In this document: piece after piece, positions 43,436 to 52,403 of the stretch
How positions within the stretch are numbered: position 1 is the first letter of the stretch
Layout of the letters: each line of letters starts with the position of its first letter
Assembly: GCA_017960605.1 (NCBI GenBank)
Contig: JAGCYV010000034.1
Coordinates: forward strand, 7,192 to 71,191
Direction: 5' to 3'
Origin: Bacteroidales bacterium
Lineage (GTDB): Bacteria > Bacteroidota > Bacteroidia > Bacteroidales > P3
DNA: 64,000 bases
The notes under the pieces: model-generated
Seen by the model: the letters and a program-made list of their open reading frames with translations, nothing else
The model's database searches: none
What the model was told of the DNA's origin: nothing
Made by a program: the position numbers and the translations under genes

Positions 43436-44872
43436 ATGAGTCGTAGAAACAAAGAATTACCCCTGTTGAGTGGTGTAGAAATCACCGATGCCGGATCCGA
43501 AGGTATGGCGGTAGCACGCCACGAAGGAATGGTGATCTTTGTCCCGTTTGTTGTTCCTGGTGATATTGCTGACATTCAGCTCTATAAAAAGAAAAAAAAC
43601 TACGCCGAAGGGCGCGCCGTCCGTATCCTCAAAGAGTCTCTCCTCCGCGTACCCCCCTCATGCCCTCATTTCGGAGTGTGTGGAGGTTGTAAATGGCAAA
43701 CAATGAGCTATGAGGCTCAACTTGAAGCCAAGCAGCGCCAAGTGAGAGACAACCTGATGCGTCTCGGCAACATCGACTGCTCTGAAATGCGTCCCATTTG
43801 TGGTTCCGACAACATTTTTCACTATCGCAACAAACTGGAATTCACCTTCTCTACACGTGCATGGCGCACAACTGATCAGATGGCCGCCAATGAAACGGTC
43901 CCTATTCGAGGTGCATTGGGATTTCATATTCCGCAACTTTTCGACAAGGTGCTGTCTATCGAACATTGTGTACTGCAGGCCGAACCCAGCAATGCTATCC
44001 GACTGGCCGTTCGCGACTATGCCGAAACCCACCAACTCCCCTTCTACGACATCCGCAACCACACTGGTTTTCTGCGCAATCTAGTGATTCGCAACACCTC
44101 TACTGGCCATTGGATGGTAATACTCATCGTCGCCGAAGACTCTACCGAACGTCTCTTTCCCCTATTAGACATGCTGCATGACCGCTTCCCGGAAATCACC
44201 TCGCTGCAATACATCATCAACACCAAGATGAACGACTCCTATTCAGACCTTGATGTGCATACCTATCTGGGCAGCGAACACATCGAGGAATGCATGGCAC
44301 CCTGGCATCCTGAGAAGCAGAAAGACCTACACTTTATCATCAACCCAAAATCATTCTACCAGACCAATTCTGCCCAAGCACAACGGCTCTATAGTTTTGT
44401 CGCCGAACTCGCTGAACTTCAACCAGAAGACAATCTTTACGATCTCTATACAGGAACCGGCACCATCGCTCTTTTCCTTGCATCACAGGCCAAACAGGTA
44501 GTGGGTATCGAATATGTCGAGGAGGCCATCGCCGATGCCCGCATCAATGCCCGCCTCAATGGGTTTGACAACACCGCCTTTTATGCAGGCGACATGGCCA
44601 AAGTACTCACCTCGGAGTTTATCGATGCCAACGGCCGTCCTGATGTGGTGGTCACCGACCCTCCCCGAGCCGGCATGCATGAGAGTGTCGTTCGCCAACT
44701 CCTTGAAACGGCTCCTCGCAAGATTGTCTATGTCAGTTGCAACCCAGCCACCCAGGCCCGCGACCTGCACATGCTCAGTGAGCGATATGAGGTACGTCGC
44801 ATCCAACCCGTTGACATGTTTCCCCACACCCAGCATGTTGAAAACATCGCCGAACTTGTCCTTGTTAGATAA
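43436..44872 (+). CDS. rlmD: 23S rRNA (uracil-C5)-methyltransferase RlmD/RumA family
   Basis: 478 aa. TRAM-like N-terminus, Fe-S cysteines (CPHFGVCGGCKWQ) and the C-terminal MTase motifs DPPRAG and VSCNPAT. Confidence 0.88.
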   Translation: MSRRNKELPLLSGVEITDAGSEGMAVARHEGMVIFVPFVVPGDIADIQLYKKKKNYAEGRAVRILKESLLRVPPSCPHFGVCGGCKWQTMSYEAQLEAKQRQVRDNLMRLGNIDCSEMRPICGSDNIFHYRNKLEFTFSTRAWRTTDQMAANETVPIRGALGFHIPQLFDKVLSIEHCVLQAEPSNAIRLAVRDYAETHQLPFYDIRNHTGFLRNLVIRNTSTGHWMVILIVAEDSTERLFPLLDMLHDRFPEITSLQYIINTKMNDSYSDLDVHTYLGSEHIEECMAPWHPEKQKDLHFIINPKSFYQTNSAQAQRLYSFVAELAELQPEDNLYDLYTGTGTIALFLASQAKQVVGIEYVEEAIADARINARLNGFDNTAFYAGDMAKVLTSEFIDANGRPDVVVTDPPRAGMHESVVRQLLETAPRKIVYVSCNPATQARDLHMLSERYEVRRIQPVDMFPHTQHVENIAELVLVR

Positions 44873-44921
44873 AAAAAAGGCTGTTTTTCAACAAAAAAGT
44901 ATCCAATTAAAAAAAAATTAC

Positions 44922-44929
44922 TATCTTTG
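44922..44929 (+). promoter_or_regulatory. candidate -7 box (TATCTTTG) for the 45035 gene
   Basis: Exact TAnnTTTG match, 106 nt upstream of the ATG. Confidence 0.45.
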
Positions 44930-45034
44930 CATGTTCTTCCCTAATTCCCTTGAGGCAGAGGAGAAGAGTGCAATGATTTAATACATAAAGCGATACACTA
45001 AAATTAGATAATAATAATAAAATATACAAACAAG

Positions 45035-47170
45035 ATGAAAAAAGCATTATTGAGTCTGCTCGTGGCCTTTGTTGCTCTGCCGATGTTCGGCCAATCTCCG
45101 GCCGGTCAAACTGTCAAGCAGGAAGACACCATTATGTGTACTCCGCTTACTTGGCGTGATGGCGTTACCTATAGCACCGACACCACGGTCATGTATGTCA
45201 CCCCCGACACCATCTTTGTGCTTACCTACACCCGTCATTCCGCCTATGACAACACCTCCGATACGATTGATGTCAATGGTGAATGCACCGCCACTTGGAA
45301 TAACAAGGTCTGGCGTACTCCCGGTGTTTTTATCGACACATTGAAAACCGTGGCCGGTTGCGATAGTTTGGTGAGTATCAACGTCGTTCTCTCGAAAACC
45401 ATCGTCGAAGAGACCGTCACCGTCACTGCCGACTGCTTCTACCTCTGGAGCAACGATACCATCCGCGACTTCAACGTGCATAACAAGACCTTTACTGCCG
45501 CCAACGGTTGCGACAGTATCGTCCATTTGTCTGTCTCCGCTTACAGCGGTTCGATGACCGACTCCGTTGAAATCGTCGCTTGCGACACCTTTTTCACCAA
45601 GACTTATCTATCTTCCTGGGTTGACACCGTTGTCGCTTCCGGCGTCGTCTCCCACACCGCCAACTACGGCACCTACCATGTAGATTCCGTCACCACCAAC
45701 GCCTGTAGCCGCACCAGCGTTCTTGATGTTACCATCGTGAGCAGCAACCGCGACTCCAGCAGCATCACCCCGGTATCCATCGCCGATGCCGGCTGCTTCT
45801 ATCTCTGGGCGGGTGACACTATCACCGACAACAACGTCCATTACCACATTTTTGCCACCGCCGTCGGTGGCTGCGACAGCATCGCCGCCATCCAAATCGC
45901 CAACTTTACTGGCGTTCAGCACGACACCACCGTCGCCAGAATCTGTGGCAAGAACTACAAATGGGTCAACAACGCCTTTACGGGTCTTCCCAACTACAAC
46001 AACGGCTTCACCTTCACCAAAGACACCGTGGCCAACATCACCATCCCCGACACTACGACAGGCTGCACTTGGAACTATACCCTCGACCTTAATTTCTACA
46101 TCAAACACGACACTGTCGAAAAGAAAGCTTGCGACATCTATCGCACCGATGATCAAAACGATCTCTTTTCCTACCGTATCTACAATCCCACCACGGGTAA
46201 CTATTCCCTCGGTCCCGTATCTTCCTTTGACTCCACTGGCTACTACGAGGTCAATCACAATAACGACAGTATGTACACAGTCAGCAACAACTGTGCCACC
46301 CGCAAGACCCTCCATGTCACCATCAAGAATTCTGAGAAGCGCTACCGCAGCACCGACACCCTCTATGTGGATACTTGCGATTCCTACCGTTTCCGCCTCA
46401 ACGCCTCCACCAAGACCATCAGCCACTCTTGCGACACTGCTGTTGTCAGCAAGAATACCGACTATGAGTCCTGCTTTGACTCTATCCTGCTCCTGAGCCT
46501 TAACATCAGAAAGAGCACTTCCCGCGATTTACCTGTCCATGCTTGCGACAGTTACACTTGGGATGAGAACGGAGAAACCTACACCTACAACGTCACCAAG
46601 TCGGTCAAGGTGCCGGGCGGCAATGCTGCAGGTTGCGACTCCAACCTAACCCTCAAACTCACAGTTGATAAGACTCCCGTCATCACCATCTCTGGCGAAT
46701 GGGTTCTCCTGCCCGGTGGCAGCACCGTGCTCCATGCCGAGTCCAACCTCCCCATCAGCACCTATAAATGGTATCTCAACAACTCCAATACAGTCAGTTC
46801 CACTGCCGACAGCATCGCTCTCAACAACGTGAACAGCAACACCGACGTGCGTCTTGATGTGGTCAGCACCAAGAACTGCCCTGCCACCAGTTGGATTACT
46901 GTCACCGCTACTTTGGGCATCGACGACATCAACGCCCTCCAGGCCAACCTCTACCCTAATCCCACCTCGCGGTTCCTCAACATTGAAAGCCCCGAGACCA
47001 TCAGCATGGTGGAGGTCTTTAATACCGTAGGCCAACAGGTCATCATGCGCCAAGTCAACAGCAACAGCATGCAACTCGACCTTGGCTCCCTGGGTACCGG
47101 CAGCTACACGCTCCGCATCCTCGGCGAGAACGGTCAGCAAACCACCCGCAGATTCATTGTCAACAAATAA
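45035..47170 (+). CDS. T9SS type A C-terminal sorting domain protein with repeated two-Cys 'GCDS' modules
   Basis: 711 aa. Signal peptide MKKALLSLLVAFVALPMFGQ. At least four modules end in GCDS-x3-[LI]-x-[VLI] (GCDSLVSINVV, GCDSIVHLSVS, GCDSIAAIQIA, GCDSNLTLKLTV). The C-terminus LYPNPTSRFLNIE...GSYTLRILGENGQQTTRRFIVNK matches the Por secretion tail. Confidence 0.85.
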   Translation: MKKALLSLLVAFVALPMFGQSPAGQTVKQEDTIMCTPLTWRDGVTYSTDTTVMYVTPDTIFVLTYTRHSAYDNTSDTIDVNGECTATWNNKVWRTPGVFIDTLKTVAGCDSLVSINVVLSKTIVEETVTVTADCFYLWSNDTIRDFNVHNKTFTAANGCDSIVHLSVSAYSGSMTDSVEIVACDTFFTKTYLSSWVDTVVASGVVSHTANYGTYHVDSVTTNACSRTSVLDVTIVSSNRDSSSITPVSIADAGCFYLWAGDTITDNNVHYHIFATAVGGCDSIAAIQIANFTGVQHDTTVARICGKNYKWVNNAFTGLPNYNNGFTFTKDTVANITIPDTTTGCTWNYTLDLNFYIKHDTVEKKACDIYRTDDQNDLFSYRIYNPTTGNYSLGPVSSFDSTGYYEVNHNNDSMYTVSNNCATRKTLHVTIKNSEKRYRSTDTLYVDTCDSYRFRLNASTKTISHSCDTAVVSKNTDYESCFDSILLLSLNIRKSTSRDLPVHACDSYTWDENGETYTYNVTKSVKVPGGNAAGCDSNLTLKLTVDKTPVITISGEWVLLPGGSTVLHAESNLPISTYKWYLNNSNTVSSTADSIALNNVNSNTDVRLDVVSTKNCPATSWITVTATLGIDDINALQANLYPNPTSRFLNIESPETISMVEVFNTVGQQVIMRQVNSNSMQLDLGSLGTGSYTLRILGENGQQTTRRFIVNK

Positions 47171-47173
47171 TAG

Positions 47174-48214
47174 ATGACCTTGAAACAGCACCCCTCAAGC
47201 GTTCGGCACCTCCGTGTCGGACGCTTTCTTTTTTGCCTCCTGCCGCTGACGCTTACCCTTTCCTGTCACCGGCCCGACAAGTCCGTGCAACTCTTCGGAC
47301 AAGCGCAAGGTTCATACTACAGCATCCAGTACTTCGACCCGCAGCACCGCAACCTCCAACCTCAGATTGACTCGCTCCTCGTCGCCTTTGACCAGTCGGC
47401 CTCCCTGTGGGTTGACAGTTCCCTGCTGCGCTGCCTCAACGCCAACCTCACTGACAGCCTCGACCCCGTGCTTGACAGCCTCCTTCTATATTCATTATAT
47501 ATGTACCAATACACCGGCGGTGCTTTCGACTGCCGTGTAGGGCGCCTCGTGCAGGCTTGGGGCTTCAGTTTCCGTGAGCGCAACGAACCCGACAGTCGTA
47601 CGCTGCACCGACTGCTGTATGCCGCCCATGCCCCCGTCAGCATCTACAACGGACGCCTCGTCAAAACCAATCCCGACACCGAGCTCGACTTCAACGCCAT
47701 AGCCCAAGGCTACGCCTCCGACCTTGTGGGGCGCCTGTTCGACAGCCTGGGCATCCACTCCTACCTCATCGACATTGGCGGCGAGGTGGTGGCTCGTGGC
47801 AGCAAACCTGGCGGCAAACCTTGGGTAGTCGGCATTGAGCGTCCCTCCGCCGACTCGCTCAGCGCCCCTGTGGTACAGACCGCCATCGCTCTGCACGATG
47901 CCTCGGTGGTCACCTCGGGCAGCTATCGCAAATACTATGAGCGCGACGGTCTCCGCTACTCCCACACCATCGATCCCTCTACCGGACGGCCGGTACAACA
48001 CACCCTCCTCAGCGTCTCTGTAGTCGATTCCACCGCCTGGCTCGCCGATGCCATGGCCACCGCCTACATGGTGATGGGCCTCGACCGTGCACGCCAGTTC
48101 ATCGACTCCCATCCCAACGCTCCCGGCACCGGTGCCGTCTATTTCATCTACGACGACCACGGCGCCCTCGCCACCTATGCCACCGAACCATTCAAGAAAC
48201 TAATGATACAATAA
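47174..48214 (+). CDS. apbE: FAD:protein FMN transferase (ApbE family lipoprotein)
   Basis: 346 aa. Lipobox-like LTLSC and ApbE-like motifs (FNAIAQGYASD, GSYRKYYERDGLRYSHTIDPSTGRP). Confidence 0.85.
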   Translation: MTLKQHPSSVRHLRVGRFLFCLLPLTLTLSCHRPDKSVQLFGQAQGSYYSIQYFDPQHRNLQPQIDSLLVAFDQSASLWVDSSLLRCLNANLTDSLDPVLDSLLLYSLYMYQYTGGAFDCRVGRLVQAWGFSFRERNEPDSRTLHRLLYAAHAPVSIYNGRLVKTNPDTELDFNAIAQGYASDLVGRLFDSLGIHSYLIDIGGEVVARGSKPGGKPWVVGIERPSADSLSAPVVQTAIALHDASVVTSGSYRKYYERDGLRYSHTIDPSTGRPVQHTLLSVSVVDSTAWLADAMATAYMVMGLDRARQFIDSHPNAPGTGAVYFIYDDHGALATYATEPFKKLMIQ

Positions 48215-48215
48215 T

Positions 48216-49091
48216 ATGAAATCCATGACCGGCTATGCCAAGGTGCAAAGCACTTTGGCCAACAAGAAAGTAAACATCGAAATCAAGACCCTCAACAGCA
48301 AGCAGCTCGACCTCATCGTCAAGTTGCCTGCCGCCTACCGCAGCCATGAGCTGGACATCCGCAACCTTCTCTCCCGCCTCGAACGCGGCAAGGTGGAGTG
48401 CATCCTCAGCGAAGAGAACAGCCTCGCCGCCGCGGCCGGCTTCAATCAGGAGCTCCTTCTGACCCGATTCCGTGCACTCTACCCTGTGGCCGACAGCCTC
48501 GCAGCCATCGACCTCGACAGCCGCCCAGCCCTCTTCAACACTCTGGTCGCCATGCCCGACATCTGGAACAGTGCCGATGACAGCGAGGTGAGCGACAGCG
48601 ACTGGGCCATCCTCTCAGCCGACCTCGAGCGGGCCATCGACCTCACCGACCAGTTCCGCAGCCATGAGGGCGACGTTCTCGAACGCGACTTCCACCGCCA
48701 CATCGACCTCATCGAGCAGATGCTCGGCGAAATACCCCAGTATGAATCCCTGCGCATCGACACTGCAAAGGACCGCATCCGTCGGTGGATGGCCGAAGCC
48801 GACATCAAGGCAGTGGATGAGAACCGCTTCGAGCAGGAACTCATCTACTACCTCGAGAAACTCGATATCACCGAGGAGAAGGTACGCCTACAGAAACACA
48901 TCGACTATTTCCGCCAAACTATGGTCAACGAACCCTCCTGTGGCAAGAAGCTCGGCTTTGTCGCCCAGGAGATGGGGCGCGAAATCAACACCACCGGTTC
49001 CAAAGCCAACCACGTGGAAATCCAACGTCTGGTGGTGGTGATGAAAGACGAGCTTGAGAAAATCAAGGAACAGCTCGGCAACGTGCTTTGA
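48216..49091 (+). CDS. yicC: YicC family stress-induced protein
   Basis: 291 aa. MKSMTGYA N-terminus and the C-terminal EMGREINTTGSKAN motif. Confidence 0.85.
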   Translation: MKSMTGYAKVQSTLANKKVNIEIKTLNSKQLDLIVKLPAAYRSHELDIRNLLSRLERGKVECILSEENSLAAAAGFNQELLLTRFRALYPVADSLAAIDLDSRPALFNTLVAMPDIWNSADDSEVSDSDWAILSADLERAIDLTDQFRSHEGDVLERDFHRHIDLIEQMLGEIPQYESLRIDTAKDRIRRWMAEADIKAVDENRFEQELIYYLEKLDITEEKVRLQKHIDYFRQTMVNEPSCGKKLGFVAQEMGREINTTGSKANHVEIQRLVVVMKDELEKIKEQLGNVL

Positions 49092-49104
49092 TAAATAACA
49101 AATA

Positions 49105-49139
49105 AAAAGAGAGGCTCCCGCATGGGAGCCTCTCTTTTT
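49105..49139. terminator. bidirectional rho-independent terminator between convergent genes
   Basis: AAAAGAGAGGCTCCC-GCAT-GGGAGCCTCTCTTTT is a perfect 15-bp stem flanked by A and T runs on both sides. Confidence 0.8.
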
Positions 49140-49158
49140 GTGATATCATCAAATCCAA

Positions 49159-52086
49159 TTAGCGGACGATGAGTTTCTCAACCTTGCTGAAGCTGTCGTT
49201 CGTGATGCGCACGAAGTAGGCACCGGCGGGAACGCCGTTCAGGCTGATCACATGGTCGGTCTCGGGAGCGAGGTCGGCGTTGTAAATCACGCGGCCGCTC
49301 ATGTCGATGATGTTGCAGTTCACCTTGCCGCTCACACCGCTCACGTTCAGTTTCACCTGAGAAGTGGCGGGGTTGGGAGCAAGATGCAGCTGCACCTCAG
49401 GAGCGATATCCTGGATGCTCAGAGGATGCCACGAGGCAACGGCACGGATACTGTGGTTCTCCTGGATATCCTGCAGATAGACGCGATACCATTTACGCTC
49501 GAGCAGAACGGGCCAAACTTCTTCATTGTTGGGCTGGTTGTTGTCATCATAACCATCGTGGAGGGTATTCACCACGCTGTAGTCGCCGTAGCTGATCAGG
49601 GGGTTGTTATCCATAGCTTCCTCGTCCAGATTCAGGGGGTCCTCATCAATGTAGATGGCGTCGATCACGCTGTGGCTGAAGTAGGTGGTATCAACCATAG
49701 TACCCATGCTGTCGCTCTCGCCGGGATAACCGGGCAGGATGTAATAACCATAGGTACCACCCTTGGCCACATTGTCAACATCGTCGCAGAGGTCATTCCT
49801 GAGGTCGCGGGTCACCCAGTAGGAAGCCACTTGCTCGCCCTCGCCAAACTCGGTGCAAGTAATGCTCACCTGAGCCTTGGGCAGGTCGCGCTTCGGACCC
49901 ACAATCATGCGGATCATCGGGTTCCATTTCCAGTAGCCACCAGGCAGGACGTTATTCTCACCAGCGGTGGGATCCTCCAGCCAGCCAGTATAATACGTAC
50001 CCTCGGGGGTAATCTGATGTACGAACTCGGCAAGAGCCGGAATCTCCTCATAATCGACGTGCTTGAACTGGCCACCCACATTCTCAAGGGATTGGCCACG
50101 CTGACGGGCAGGGGCAAACTTACCACCCTGGTTGACATAACCGAACAGGAAGTTCATGTTAGGCTCGATGGCAGGCTGGGCGGGGAAGGGAATGTTGACG
50201 GCATTGTAACGCACGGTGCCGTTGTAGTCGGGCAGATAATAACCAGCCGAGTCACCGGGCAGACGACCAGAAACGGAGCTGATGATGTGGCCCGAGTTGC
50301 CGAAGTAAGGATCGGCATAGAATCCATAGAGTCCGAAGTTATTGTTGGCACCGGGTTTGCACCATCTCATATAATCAATGGCGATATTGACACCGCTGAT
50401 GTCGTGTGAGTCAAGGTATGTGGAGGTCACGATTTCCATGCCGCGGAACACCCAAGGCACTTCCTCGCCGTAGGTCTCGGAAGTCTCGTCAGGATCGACA
50501 GCCATGGGGATGGTGTCGGGAGTGACAAAGCGGGCATAGGCCGCATAACCGTTCTGGTAGGTATGGCCTTCATTCTCGGAGGTGTAATATTGTTCGCCGT
50601 CCTCGAAAACAAACTGATAGGTAAACTCCGAGCCGCCGGGGATAACACCGTTGTCAAGAGCCCAACGGTAGCCGGGGACGGTGAGACCCATCTCGGCGTC
50701 GTCCGTGCTGCCGCCAATCATCTTGGTGACAAAGTAAGGCACAGTGTCCAGTCCTTTCACCATGGCGCCGCTGTTGGCAGAGGCCACAAGGATGAAGCGG
50801 TGCTTGCCAACCTGGTCGGTGGGCAGGCCACGATAGGTCCAGCGGCTACGGTCGATACCGTAATCAAAGTTTTCAGAAGTCCAGTCGGTCTTGCCATAGC
50901 CTGGCCAATAGTGAGGCGTACCCGCATTGTTGGGGGAGCTTGAGCTTCCAAAGCCCCAGTTGAGGGTATCCGCATGGAAACCGCGCTCGTTGATGCGCAG
51001 GCGTGTGGTGGTGCTGCCGACAGGGATGTCCTTGGGAGCGGTCGTGAAGACCTCTTCCTCAGCGCCCCAGGCGCCGTTGCTCCAGTACTGGTGCTTCACG
51101 GTAATCACGGCATCGTTCAGGGGCAGGTCACCGGTGTTGCGGACATTCACCACATAGGAGAGGGGCAGATTGAAGCCCTGAGGAACCTGGCCATAGAAAC
51201 CATCAACATAACCCGGGGTGTTGAACTCCCAGCGGGCAACGCCGCTCATGGCAGTCAGCTGGATCTCGTCAACAGCCCAGAGATAGCCGTGCTCGCTTGC
51301 AGGGCCGAGGTTGGTGGCGCAATAGCGGAAGCGGAGCGAAAGGGTACCCTGTGCGCAGGCGCTGGGCAGGGTGACACTAATCTGGTCGGCAGGTGCGTTG
51401 TTAAGAGACACATCAACACCGGCAACATTGACCTCGAAGGAATACCACTGATTGTTGGTATCTTTGTAGTCGATGAAGTTTTTCTCATAACGCTTGGCGC
51501 TGTTGAACTGATGAAAGCTGACATCAACCATCGTGGCGCCGGTGGGCACGGTCACGGGCTCAAGGGCGAACCAAGCGTTGATGTACTTGTCGTTGTCGGC
51601 AGTGCTTGCCCAGCAGTCCATGGCGTCCAGCACCATAAAGCCGTTGTCGGTGGTGATACCGTGCTGGGGACCCATAAAGGCAGCGATAAGGCTGTCGTTT
51701 CTGTAGAGAGCAGGATAGTCATCATAGATAGCGACGGAGTCGCTCAACTCGGCACGGTTGGCAAAGCGTTTCCACTGCGAAGCCTGATTCAAGTTGGCAT
51801 GGGCGTGGGCGTTGGCAGCAGTGTCGTCAATCACGTCGGTGATGGAAAGAACACCCATGGTCACCGTCTCGGTCGAGGCGAAGGTGTAGGTCTTGAAGAC
51901 ATTCGCATCTTTCGTCTGATGATTGAAGATGGAAGCCTTGTAATCGACCCGGCTTTTCTCGATGGAAGGTGCGCTCTGAATCAGACGCATCTGCTCACCA
52001 TTCAGCGAGGGGCCGAGCTTGGCGATCTGCGCGAAGGCACCCGAAGTGCACAGGGCGAGACCAGCAATCAATAGTACTTTTTTCAT
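49159..52086 (-). CDS. T9SS type A C-terminal sorting domain protein (large secreted protein, N-domains unassigned)
   Basis: I prefer the ATG at 52086 (MKKVLLIAGLALCTSGAFAQ); the ORF track extends to 52167. The C-terminus LAPNPATSQVKLNV...GAYFVRITNDSFSKVEKLIVR matches the Por secretion tail. Confidence 0.82.
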   Translation of the reverse strand: MKKVLLIAGLALCTSGAFAQIAKLGPSLNGEQMRLIQSAPSIEKSRVDYKASIFNHQTKDANVFKTYTFASTETVTMGVLSITDVIDDTAANAHAHANLNQASQWKRFANRAELSDSVAIYDDYPALYRNDSLIAAFMGPQHGITTDNGFMVLDAMDCWASTADNDKYINAWFALEPVTVPTGATMVDVSFHQFNSAKRYEKNFIDYKDTNNQWYSFEVNVAGVDVSLNNAPADQISVTLPSACAQGTLSLRFRYCATNLGPASEHGYLWAVDEIQLTAMSGVARWEFNTPGYVDGFYGQVPQGFNLPLSYVVNVRNTGDLPLNDAVITVKHQYWSNGAWGAEEEVFTTAPKDIPVGSTTTRLRINERGFHADTLNWGFGSSSSPNNAGTPHYWPGYGKTDWTSENFDYGIDRSRWTYRGLPTDQVGKHRFILVASANSGAMVKGLDTVPYFVTKMIGGSTDDAEMGLTVPGYRWALDNGVIPGGSEFTYQFVFEDGEQYYTSENEGHTYQNGYAAYARFVTPDTIPMAVDPDETSETYGEEVPWVFRGMEIVTSTYLDSHDISGVNIAIDYMRWCKPGANNNFGLYGFYADPYFGNSGHIISSVSGRLPGDSAGYYLPDYNGTVRYNAVNIPFPAQPAIEPNMNFLFGYVNQGGKFAPARQRGQSLENVGGQFKHVDYEEIPALAEFVHQITPEGTYYTGWLEDPTAGENNVLPGGYWKWNPMIRMIVGPKRDLPKAQVSITCTEFGEGEQVASYWVTRDLRNDLCDDVDNVAKGGTYGYYILPGYPGESDSMGTMVDTTYFSHSVIDAIYIDEDPLNLDEEAMDNNPLISYGDYSVVNTLHDGYDDNNQPNNEEVWPVLLERKWYRVYLQDIQENHSIRAVASWHPLSIQDIAPEVQLHLAPNPATSQVKLNVSGVSGKVNCNIIDMSGRVIYNADLAPETDHVISLNGVPAGAYFVRITNDSFSKVEKLIVR

Positions 52087-52199
52087 GTTGTTTGAATTTT
52101 GGTGATTAATATTTTCTTTTCTCGTTATTTGTTTATCTCTTTGGTTCTCAATGCCTACAGGATACAATCTACCCTTTTGGACACACTCTTTTTACGATG

Positions 52200-52207
52200 C
52201 AAATATA
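52200..52207 (-). promoter_or_regulatory. candidate -7 box (TATATTTG) for the 49159-52086 gene
   Basis: The plus-strand sequence CAAATATA is TAtaTTTG on the minus strand, about 114 nt upstream of the ATG at 52086. Confidence 0.4.
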
Positions 52208-52290
52208 CCCATTTTTTCCAACACCACAAGTTTTTTTTGATTTTTTAACCTCTTCAATCTTCAATCCCTCCCTCAATCCAGTTCCATAGT

Positions 52291-52345
52291 CATACTTGAA
52301 CCATACTTGAGTCATACTTGAACCACACTTGAGTCATACCGGAAC
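52291..52345. repeat. tandem 11-bp array, 5 units (CATACTTGAAC CATACTTGAGT CATACTTGAAC CACACTTGAGT CATACCGGAAC)
   Basis: Read directly. It is effectively a 22-bp doublet repeated 2.5 times. Two CTTCAAT heptads precede it at 52252-52265. Confidence 0.95.
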
Positions 52346-52403
52346 TAAAAATATACCTGTGCACACAATAAAAAACGAGGTTTGCTGTTATAGGTGAGTA
52401 ACC

